Source: Heptranchias perlo (lineage: Eukaryota). Taken from it: a stretch of 64,000 bases of DNA. The stretch lies in contig NW_027139559.1 in NCBI RefSeq assembly GCF_035084215.1, positions 5,518,001 through 5,582,000 on the forward strand, in the 5' to 3' direction. Under the pieces are notes generated by a model. It worked only from the letters and a program-made list of their open reading frames with translations. It was not told where the DNA came from and did not search any database. The first letter of the stretch is position 1. Each line of letters opens with the position of its first letter. The translations under genes were made by a program, and so were the position numbers. Positions 13,250 through 22,891 of the stretch are shown piece after piece.

Positions 13250-14540
13250 CTTAGTAATAATCAAAGAGAGCCAGCATGCAGTTGTAAAGTGTAGTTCACG
13301 CATGAGGAATCTGATTGAATTTGTTGAAGAGGTGTCTAAAATAGTGGACAGGGGAATATCTCTATGACGGTTGTTGATATCGACTTCCAGAAGACATTCG
13401 ACAAAATCCCTCATGAGAGACTGTTAGCTGAAGTTGAAGCTCAGGGAATTGAGGGAAAATTATTGACCTGGTTAGGAATTTTTCTGAGGGGCAGGAGACA
13501 GACAGTTGGTATAATGGGCAGGTACTCAAATTGGCAGGATGTGACTAGTGGCGTCCCACAGGGATTTGTGTTAGGGCCTCAGCTATTCACTGTAATTATT
13601 AACGGCTTAGATGACGGGATAGAGAGCCACATATCCAAATTTGTCGACGGAAAAAAAGATAGGCAAGATAGCAGTATAGATGGAAGCATAAAATTACAGA
13701 GAGTTATTAATGTATTAAGTGAATGGGCAAAACTGTGGCAAATGGATTTCGTTATAAGCAATTGTGAGGTCATCCACTTTGGACCGAAAAAGAATGGATC
13801 AGAGTACTTTCTAAATAGTTAAAAGCTCGAAATAGTGGAGCTCCAAAGAGACTTACGGGTACATATGCAGAAATCATTAAAATACAGGAAATAATCAAAA
13901 AGTTTAATGGAATTCTGGCCCTTATATCTTGACGATTGAATACAAGGCCGGTAGAAGTTATGATGCAGCTGTACTTAGTTCTTGTGAGACCACGCCTGAA
14001 GTACTGTGTTCGGTTCTGGGCAGCGCACCTTCGGCAGGATATATTGGCCAAGGGGGGAGTGCAGCGTAGATTGACTGGAACGATACCTGGACTCCAAGGG
14101 TTAAATTTCGATGAGAGGTTACACAAACTAGGGTTGTATTACCTGAAATTTAGAATACTAAGGGGTGATTTGATCGAAGATTTCAAGATATTAAGGGGAT
14201 TTGATAGGATAGATAAAGAGGAATTATATCCGCTGGTTGGGGAGCCTAGGATTCGGGGACATAACATAAAAACTGGACTTTCAGGAATGAAGATAGGAAA
14301 CGCTTCTACACGCAAAGGGTGGTTTAAGTTTGGAACTCTCTTCCGCAAACGGCAGTTGATGATTGCTCAATTGTTAATTTTGAATCTGAGATTGACAGAT
14401 TTTTGTTAACCAAAGTGATTCAGTGATTTGGGACTAAGGCAGCTCTATGGGGTTACGTCACAGATCAGCCATGATTTCATTGAATGACTGAACAGGCTGG
14501 AGGGCCGAAATGGCCTACTCCTGTTCCTCGGTTCCTATTT
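13250..14540 (+). mobile_element. CR1 LINE RT to 3' end
   Basis: DFQKTFDKIPHERL, TSGVPQGFVLGPQLF and YCVRFWAAHL in ORFs 13364..13822 and 13936..14409. Confidence 0.9.
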
Positions 14541-14683
14541 TCCGAATTAGATCCTAAATAATTGTCATGCTGTGAATACTGCTTTGGTCCAGTAATACTT
14601 TCATGTTGCCAGGCCAATGAAATTCCAACACAGTAGGAGGGGGGTGAAAAAAAAAATCTATTTATAACAAATCAAGACGTTAA

Positions 14684-14817
14684 GAGTGATAACCTCTCGT
14701 CGATGACTCATATTTTGATGACAAAGGTTATGAGTGATAACCTCTAGTCGATGACCCATATTTTGATGACAAAGGTTATGAGTGATAACCTCCAGTCGAT
14801 GACCCATATTTTGATGA
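14684..14817. repeat. Tandem repeat, ~2.8 x 48 bp
   Basis: GAGTGATAACCTC...GATGACCCATATTTTGATG starts at 14684, 14732 and 14780. Confidence 0.9.
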
Positions 14818-15089
14818 TATGGTTCATGACTGTGGAGTGAATCGAATAACTGGACCCTCGTTCCAGCGATTATCGATCACAAACAATTTGGATGGTGAAG
14901 TCTGGGGAGATCATCGGGGAATTTTCCCGCTCCGGGAGCGCGTATCGAAACATTTCCAGTCAGTGAAGTAATTAAATTCATAGATGACAGCAAGCTCGGA
15001 GAGTTATGGAATTAGCTTATGCCGCCAAAATATTACATTGAATGCGCTCCGCGGTCTGCACATAATATATAGAAATATATAAAAGTTGC

Positions 15090-17300
15090 AACATGGAAAC
15101 AGACGGTTAGACCCAGCCAGACTGTGTCGCCGATTGCCCTCCAAGCAAACAATTCGTTCTTATCACATTTACCCACCCGGTTTCCACCTCGCTAAAACCG
15201 CATTCCTGCCTCCATCTGTCCAATCTAATCGTGAATGTTGACATAGAAGATCCTGGCTCAACCACGAACCCTGGAAGTGAATTCCACAGCCTGCTGTGTG
15301 ATGGAGTTTCTCCTGCCCTCTGTTCCAAATCTCTTACTTTTAATCCTTTATCTGTGGGTACTCGTCTTGATTGCTCAACCATGGAAACAATCTGTTTCTG
15401 TCTACCCTGTCCCATTATTCCATCATTGTAAACACTTCTATTATATCGCCCCATAATCGAAGATGTTCGAACAAAAAAAAAAATGTTTTCAAACTTTGTT
15501 AAAATTTATATTTCCTCATACAAAGCAGCATTCTAGTCAGTCTGTGTTGTAATATTCTTCCTATAGTGTGGAGCCCAATACTGCACACCGTATTGAAGCA
15601 GCATCCCAGTCACTCAGTGTTGTAATATTCTTCGGATAGTGTGGAGCCCAATACTGCACACAGTATCCTAACTGAGGTCTTATTAAGATTTTATAGGCTC
15701 ATCATCACCTATTGGCTTTCATATTCTCTACATCTTATAATAAACCTAGAATTCCATTAGCTTTTCTCTAGCCTGATCAACATGAGGTGCTGCCATTAAT
15801 GTCCTGTGAACCCGTGTCCCCAAATCCCTCTTCTTCCACAGCACTGAGCCTGCTTCCATTCAGAGTATAATTGCGACTGTTTTTCTTTAAAAAAATGTAT
15901 CAACTCACACTTGCTGATAATGAATTCCATCTGCCACCATTCGGCCCATTCTCCCATTTTATTAATATCCCTTTGAAGCTTCTTTTGGTCTCCGAAATAA
16001 TTATCTGTACTCCTATTTTGGTCTCATGCTCCAATTTCGACACCACTTTCTCGAGGCCTAGATCCCGATCATTGGTATACGTGGTGAATGGAAGTGTCCC
16101 CAGAACCGAATCGTGTGGGATATCACGACCAACTTCCAACCCTTCTGAATATAGTGAGCTCTCTGTGGGACATCGCTACCCACTTCCAATCACTCTAAAT
16201 ATAGTGAGCTCTCTGAAACGAATTCTGTGGGATATCACCACCCACTTCCAACCACTTTAAATATAGTGAGCTCTCTGAACTGAATTCTGTGGGATATCAC
16301 TACACACTCCCTACCACTCTGCATACATTCAGCTCTCTGTGGGATATCACTACTCACTTCCAACTACTCTGAATATAGTGAGGTCTGTGTGGGATATCAC
16401 TACCAACTTCCAACCACGCTGAATATAGTTAGCTCTATGAACCGAATTCTGTGGGATATCACGACCCACTTCCAAACCCTCCGAATATAGTGAGCACTCC
16501 GAACCGAATCCTTTGGGGTATCACTACCCACTTCCAAACTTCTGAATATGGTGAGCTCTCTGTGGGACATTGCTACCCACTTCTAACCACTCTGAAGAAA
16601 GTGCGCTCTCTGAACCGAATCCTGTGGGTTATCACCATCCACTTCCAATCCCTCTGAATATAGTGAGCTCTCTGTGGGACATCGCTACCCACATCCAACC
16701 ACTCTAAATATACTGAGCTCTCTGAACTGAATTCTGTGAGATATCACTACCCACTCCCTACCACTCTGCATATATTGAGCTCTCTGTGGGATATCACTAC
16801 CCACTTCCAACCACTCTGAATATAGTGAGCACTCTGTGGGATATCACTACCCACTTCCAACCACTCTGAATATAGTGAGCACTCTGTGGGATATCACTAC
16901 CCACTTCTAACCACAATGAATATAGTGAGCACTCTGTGGGATATCACTACCCACTTCCAACCCCTCTGAATATAGTGAGCTCTCCGAACCGAATCCTTTG
17001 GGATATCACTACCCACTTCCAACCCCTCTGAATATTGTGAGCTCTCTGTGGGACATCGCTACCCACTTCCAACCACCCTGAATATAGTGATCTCTCTTAA
17101 CTGAATTCTGTGGGATATCACCACCCACTTCCAACCCCTCTGAATATGGTGAGCTCCCTTATTCCTATCTTCTAATCGTTTTTAATCCCGTTTGCTCTCC
17201 TCTCCTTATATCTATACTTCTTATCTTTACATAATTTCCAATGTATTAACTTGTTGAATGCTTCCTTAAAGCCCATGTACATTGCAAACTGGATTACTAA
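15090..17300 (-). mobile_element. Decayed CR1 LINE containing an internal minisatellite expansion
   Basis: DIPHDSVLG.LPF..Y.ND (ORF 15900..16139) lies on one side of the array. YM.F.EAF.K and LEDR.. remnants lie at 17160-17280 on the other side. Confidence 0.7.
16103..17158. repeat. Minisatellite, ~19 units of 50 bp and 62 bp variants
   Basis: Unit ATATCACTACCCACTTCCAACCACTCTGAATATAGTGAGC(T/A)CTCTGTGGG has an exact 50-bp period at 16791/16841. Some units carry an extra ~12 bp (GAACCGAATTCT). Confidence 0.95.
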
Positions 17301-17701
17301 ATGTCAAGAGACCACATCGCAAACCAAACTGCAGGTCTCGTTCTATTAATGCGGCTGATGCGAAGTTTGTCACCGTAAAATATTATAGTGATAATTATTT
17401 GAGTGTGCGCTTTTTTTCTGCTTTCGCTGTGTTAAACTGCTATTTCAGCGCGGATATTATTATTAATACAGCATTAAAGTGTCACCCAATTATTACACTG
17501 GGAGAAGTCTGGAAGCACAATTCACATGGATGCGAAAATCCCAACACAGTTCCCATGAAGCGTGTGCTCCACAACTCTACTGATCTCTTCATGTTAATTG
17601 GATGAAGATTCCTCTAGTGTGACTATGGATATAGGGGACAAGATGTAACACATCACAAACCGCGAGCTGTACTCACTGCGAATGGTCTCTCACTCTGCCC
17701 T

Positions 17702-17709
17702 ATGCAAAT
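17702..17709 (+). promoter_or_regulatory. Immunoglobulin promoter octamer ATGCAAAT (heavy-chain orientation)
   Basis: Perfect ATGCAAAT 18 bp upstream of a TATA-like box and ~120 bp upstream of the leader ATG. Confidence 0.85.
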
Positions 17710-17727
17710 AAGCTCACGCTCTCGCGA

Positions 17728-17734
17728 TTTAAAA
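17728..17734 (+). promoter_or_regulatory. TATA-like box TTTAAAA
   Basis: Lies between the octamer and the leader ATG, as in VH promoters. Confidence 0.65.
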
Positions 17735-17828
17735 GGACGGTGCTCAGATACACACGGTTACACAGCACAGTCGGTGTTGAGGTCTGGAGTTGGCCATGTT
17801 TAAAGTATTCACTGCTGGTGAAGAAACA

Positions 17829-17871
17829 ATGAATATTTTCTGGGTTTCGGTCCTTTTAGCCTGGTTACCGA
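17829..17871 (+). CDS. IgNAR: IgNAR leader exon ([14 protein letters not shown] + 1 nt)
   Basis: Resembles the IgNAR signal peptide [14 protein letters not shown] and ends at a phase-1 donor A|GTAAGT. Confidence 0.95.
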
Positions 17872-18012
17872 GTAAGTGCAGTATTTTTAAAGAGATTAAA
17901 TGTTCATTGGATAAAACTGAGCGGCTGCGTCTAAATTGTGGAAATGTCCTTGATTTTAACTCTTGTATTGTTTCAGAGACGCGATGTATTAAATATATTT
18001 TTCTTCATTCAG

Positions 18013-18284
18013 ATGCCTTCGGTATAAGAGTGGACCAAACACCAAGAACGGCCACAAAAGAGGCAGGCGAATCCCTGACCATCAACTGCGTCTTAACTGA
18101 TACTAACTGTGGGTTGGACAGCACAGGATGGTTCCGGCAATATCCGGGTACAAAAGATTGGGTTCGCATATCCATTGGCGGACGATTTGTCGAATCAGTC
18201 AACAAGGGAGCAAAGTCTTTTTCTCTGCGAATCAACGATCTGACAGCTGAAGACAGCGCCACTTATTACTGCAAAGCTGAGAGC
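18013..18284 (+). CDS. IgNAR: IgNAR V exon (VNAR, type II-like, germline)
   Basis: Acceptor TTCATTCAG|, then (N)[90 protein letters not shown]. It has the canonical Cys/Trp/Cys, the short FR2-CDR2 region typical of VNAR, and an extra CDR1 Cys. Confidence 0.97.
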
Positions 18285-18322
18285 CACAGCAATGAGTCTG
18301 AGCTTTCACCAATACAGAAACA
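18285..18322 (+). other. V 3' RSS (22-bp spacer)
   Basis: CACAGCA - 22 nt - ACAGAAACA. Confidence 0.9.
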
Positions 18323-18519
18323 CCTTCTTACCTCCCGTGGAAGAAAATACGGATCGTTCCGCTTTTTTCACCGAACCTTTCACTGCGCAGCCGCTGATTC
18401 CTGTCTGAGACTGGGGGAGGTTTGTAAATAACTGGTGACAATGTCCGCAGCAGAGAACCCGGCACGGAACAGTTGGATATGCAGCGCGGCTGTTCTCCTT
18501 ACAGTTACGCAGGTGAACC

Positions 18520-18598
18520 TTTTTTTGCACTGGGCTGTACCACTGTGTACTATGGGAGCCACAGCAATCGAGGAGACGGTTCCTGTAATGCACAAACT
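18520..18598 (+). other. IgNAR: D1 segment (coding 18548-18559 TACTATGGGAGC) with 5' 12-RSS and 3' 23-RSS
   Basis: TTTTTTTGC-12-CACTGTG | D | CACAGCA-23-GCACAAACT. Confidence 0.92.
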
Positions 18599-18786
18599 AT
18601 CAGCACACTTTGTTATAGGAACAAGAGCATTATTTATCTGTTGCTTCATTAGGAAGCGTAGATACTCAATATTTTGGATGGATAATGCTCCTGGTTCTAA
18701 AAATCACTGACAAGAAGTATTGTGGCAGGAATGTGGTTTGCAGTTTGCGTCTCGACCTGAGGCTCTTGCATTAATGCACATGGCAC

Positions 18787-18865
18787 CTTTTTTGCACTGC
18801 TCTCTGTGACTGTGTGACTTGGTGTACCACAGTAATGAATCTTGGATTCCCGTAACACATAAACT
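18787..18865 (+). other. IgNAR: D2 segment (coding 18815-18827 TGACTTGGTGTAC) with 5' 12-RSS and 3' 22-RSS
   Basis: CTTTTTTGC-12-GACTGTG | D | CACAGTA-22-ACATAAACT. Confidence 0.9.
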
Positions 18866-19179
18866 GTACTCAAACATCTTAATACAAAGTTAATACAGGT
18901 TATTCTCCAGATGGCTAAAACCTTCACGGTCAAATACTCACTGTCTCTGTCAGAGACTGGCTGATATATGAAAACCTTCTGTCTATTAATTTAAATGATT
19001 GTTGTGTAAATGTTATAATCATATCCATAATGGAACATTGATATTTCTCCAGGATTGGTATAAGTGACTGAGGATTCTAAACGTCTACTTGGATCCCAAT
19101 ATAAAGACAATGATTTGAATTACTTTCAATCAATATCTCGGACTATCTGAAGGGATTTCTGTGATGTTTGTACCAATGG

Positions 19180-19247
19180 ATTTCTTGTGCTGATCTGAAA
19201 CGATGTGTTGCTGGTGTGACACAGTGACTCGGGTCACGGCACAAACC
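19180..19247 (+). other. IgNAR: D3 segment (coding 19208-19219 TTGCTGGTGTGA) with 12-RSS on both sides
   Basis: ATTTCTTGT-12-CGATGTG | D | CACAGTG-12-GCACAAACC. Confidence 0.9.
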
Positions 19248-19560
19248 TCTCCAACAGTTATTTGTTTTACTACTCTTGGAGGTGGCTGCAAAATGCGCAT
19301 TCTTCCTTATGGTTGTTATTGCATTGAGTTTGAAATCAATTCCAATTCGACCTTTGGATATAATCGAGTTCAATTCCATGATATTAAATCAATGGCCTGT
19401 CTTTTTCAGTGATACAGGAGTTCGCATTGCACATAGTAAATATCTGGATTGAAAGAAACTGACGGAAAATGAAGATGGATTAATGACTGCAGTGTATTGG
19501 AAAGTTCCTTGGAGCCATGTTGTTTTGGTGTATTTATTACCGCACCTTTGATTCAATGAC

Positions 19561-19599
19561 CCTTTTTGAACGAGGCTGACTGGGAGCTGAATGACTGTG
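19561..19599 (-). other. J 5' RSS (23-bp spacer)
   Basis: + strand reads CCTTTTTGA - 23 nt - GACTGTG immediately before J. Confidence 0.88.
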
Positions 19600-19650
19600 G
19601 TTATTACCAATACTATGATGGAGCTGGCACCGTGCTGACTGTGAACTCTG
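19600..19650 (+). CDS. IgNAR: IgNAR J segment (YYQYYDGAGTVLTVNS + 1 nt)
   Basis: Has the VNAR FR4 motif DGAGTVLTVN and a phase-1 donor G|GTAAGA. Confidence 0.96.
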
Positions 19651-20392
19651 GTAAGAAACCTCTTTTGCTACTTTATCACTAAGATTTTTTTTCATAGAAC
19701 ATATGAAGAATTAGTGTTCTCGTTAAAATGGCCTTAAACGCACAGGGCAATAGCTGAAGCTGTTTTTGGAGGTTCTGTTAGGTTCACTGTCAGTTTATTT
19801 GTTTTAAACTTAATAATCTTTTCCAAAAGAGATTTTGCTCGAGAATAAAACGAGCCTATGCTTAAATGTATAACGAACCTACGCTTATATACATAACGAA
19901 TGTCAAAATGAACATACATTTTAAGATATAACGAACGTATATTTAAATATATAACGAACGTCAAAACAAGCCTGTATTTAAATATATAACTTAGCACCTA
20001 TGGATCATTTAAGATGCTGATTTGAATAGTTATGAATCTCACCGGTGTGATAGTTTAAACAGTTGGAACACACCCAGCCCAGTGCCGTTATTCTCCTCAC
20101 TGAGGCGGCCCAGTATATTCCTGTTATACAGTATTTCTGATTCAAAGAATTTATACAATTCTGGAGCGAGGAAAGTTTGCTGCAAACAAGGGATTAATTC
20201 AACGCGTAATTTAAGGAAATATTGAGTACGAATTCCTTTCCCCCTCTAAAATCATCCCTTATTAAATAAAAAAATGATAAATTAATACCGGTACCGAACC
20301 TTTAAATATATTGTCTGTTCGAATCTTGACATTTTTGACTCTTTATTAACGGCGCATGCGTCACAGTGACCCAGAATGAAAAGAAAATGATT

Positions 20393-20677
20393 GGGGGTGA
20401 AATTGATCTGATCGAGGAGCGCGGAACGGGCGATAGCGAATCGGCCGCCTTGAAACATGGCATCAGATTGTCCTTCACATTGACTTGGAAAATATTTCCA
20501 ATATTCTAAAGATCAAACCAAGTAAAACGGACAGTGAAACTACCCGAATCTCCAAAATAGAGCTCGAACTATCGTTCTGGGAAATTCAGTGGAGAGAAGG
20601 TCTGGCGCAGTGTAAAACAGGCCGCCGATTCGCTCGGAGCCCATGTCGCGTTACTGGCGCAGACCAATTTCACCCCC
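20393..20677. mobile_element. MITE / non-autonomous DNA transposon
   Basis: 18-bp terminal inverted repeats GGGGGTGAAATTGATCTG / CAGACCAATTTCACCCCC (1 mismatch), plus subterminal inverted GCGAATCGGC / GCCGATTCGC. No clean TSD. Confidence 0.75.
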
Positions 20678-21357
20678 TCTTGGGGTCTGTGGGGGGTGGG
20701 GGTCCTGTTTTCATGGAAGCCAGTCTCCTGGACACACTTATTTCAGACAACAGAAACGCTCTGTTTTTAAGATTGTGCCGAGTAGCAGAGAATATTGAAA
20801 CTGCCGTGGGTTTTAGTTTGATCAGTGAAACTCTCTTTTAATGTCCATGTATAGAAATAAAGTAAGCGGTACCTTCATTATTTTATGCCTTGCGGAGAAT
20901 CGTGAAGTCTTTAACTCACTGATTATCCTTTTTATTGTCCGTTTACTTATTTTGTTTGAAGAAACAATGTGTTTGTTTGGAGCCTGAGTGTTGGTCTGAT
21001 AGACTGGATATTCAGTCAGCATTTCGAAGAGAGGAGAATCCCAGAGCTGATGTGCAGACTAAGGGCGATGTTGTTGCCATCCCATGGTCTGGATATCGCT
21101 TGCCTGGAGATTGGGCAGGTTAGGCCTCGGTGCAGATCATGGGAGGGGCGATTCCGCATGCATGGGTACCAAGCGACACTGAATCCGAGAAAATACTTAC
21201 CGTAAAAATCTTAAAACATTAAACTCGATCTACACAATTCCATCAAATACCCCCTGGTCAGGTTAGGTCGAAAAGAAGAATGTGTTTGTATTTATAAACG
21301 CATCTTTCATGACCTCGCGACGTTCCAAAGCGCTAGACAGCCAATGAATTTGTCGAA

Positions 21358-21978
21358 TAAATCTCCCTCTACACTGTGTCATGAAACACTCCCAGTTCCG
21401 GAGCAGTAGGGGTTAGATATAGGGTACAGCTGCATCTACACTGTGTCATGCAACACTCCCGGTTCAGGAGCACGAGGGGTTAGGTCGAGGGTACAGCTCC
21501 CTCTGCACTGTCCCACCAAAGACTCCCAGTGCAAGTACAGCACAGGACAGATACAGGGTAAAGCTCGCTCGAGAATGTCCCGTCAAACACTCCCAGGTCA
21601 AGAGCAGTAGGGGTTAGATAGAGAGTATAGCTTCCTCTGAACTGTGTCATGAAACACTCCCAGTGCAAGTACAGCACAGGATAGATACACTGTAAAGCTC
21701 CCTCTACGCTGTTAAAACAAATGGTCAGAGGGCAGGTACAGCACGGGTTAGATACAGAGTAAACCTCCATCTACACTGTCCCATCAAACACTCCCACCGC
21801 AGGTATAGGGTTAGATACAGAGTAAAGCTCCCTCTACACTGTCATATCAAACACTCCCAGGGCAGGTCCAGCAAGGCTTGGATACAGAGTAAAGCTCCGT
21901 CTACACTCTCCCATAAAACACTCCCAGGGCAGGTACAGCTCGGGTTATATAGATGGTAAAGCTGCTCTGCACTCTATC
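21358..21978. repeat. Tandem repeat, ~9 x 67 bp, in the J-C1 intron
   Basis: Unit ~CTACACTGTCCCATCAAACACTCCCAGGGCAGGTACAGCACGGGTTAGATACAGAGTAAAGCTCCCT. Confidence 0.92.
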
Positions 21979-22891
21979 CATAGGAGAAGGTAGATTGCCA
22001 ACCTTACCGGATACCAGAGCAGTTTACCTGAATGGCCCCTGACATGGAACCTGAGAAAATATCCAGCATAAAGCTCCCAAAATGTGGCAGTCAGTAATAT
22101 TAGATAATACTGTCTTTGAACGGGAGCAACGAGATGCAGATTTTACTAGAAACATTGGTGAAGCGAAAGGTTTCATCACGGAGATAGCACATCGCACTTA
22201 TCGAAAGGAAAAACCTTCTAAGAACAGAAGGAGGTGCGCGGGCAGAAACTCCGATTGGTTCCTTTACACGGATCCATGAAAAATGTTCTCCCATGAATTC
22301 CCTCCGAAAACAACTGATACTCCCCAGTTTAAATAATGTTAAATCTTACACATTTCTCTTCCGAAATCACAGGCCCATCCACTTAATCTGTCCTTCTAAT
22401 AAACCAGATGTTAACGTGTTTATTAAAAGCGGGTTAACCACTCGAGTAGGATAGTGAACTGAGGAAAGTGAAGCGTTTATCGTGGTTCCCTGAGACGGCC
22501 AACAGTGATTTTTAGGGTTAATTTCCTTCCTTGCCTCCTCTGAGCGAAAAAAAAGGATAAAGCAATGGCATTAATATCTCTGTCAATGGTATTCGCTTTC
22601 CCACAATTATGGGGAGATCTTTTGAAATAATCTTCCAATTTACACAACGATTACGAATTTAGTACTTGCATTCTGAAGTCCTTGTCCCGATAAATAACAT
22701 GTTCACTTCCACCTCGTAGTTTCTTTAATTCATCTTTCATTGTTTCAAAGATGTGTATCATTTTTTCACTTTTGCAAATCATCTGAAGTTGTCCTTTGAG
22801 AATTGTCTCTTTCTCTCTGACTTATCCATTTTTTCAGCAGCCATTATTTTCCAGGCTCTTGTAGGAATCCAACCCATCCCTGCCTATCAAA

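Noticed and set aside
16103-17158. Regular arrays (also 21.4, 28.3, 53.3 and 61-64 kb) as CRISPR arrays
   Set aside because: They are head-to-tail tandem units without unique spacers, in a eukaryotic context with no cas genes.
19637-19643. GACTGTG inside J, identical to the J heptamer
   Set aside because: No nonamer at 12 or 23 spacing, and it is explained by the LTV codons.
19864-19990. Short degenerate ATATAACGAACG repeats after J
   Set aside because: Low-complexity AT-rich slippage with no supportable function.
22440-22800. Scattered IRF/ETS/E-box/near-octamer motifs as an intronic enhancer
   Set aside because: Only short, imperfect motifs, not distinguishable from background without conservation data.
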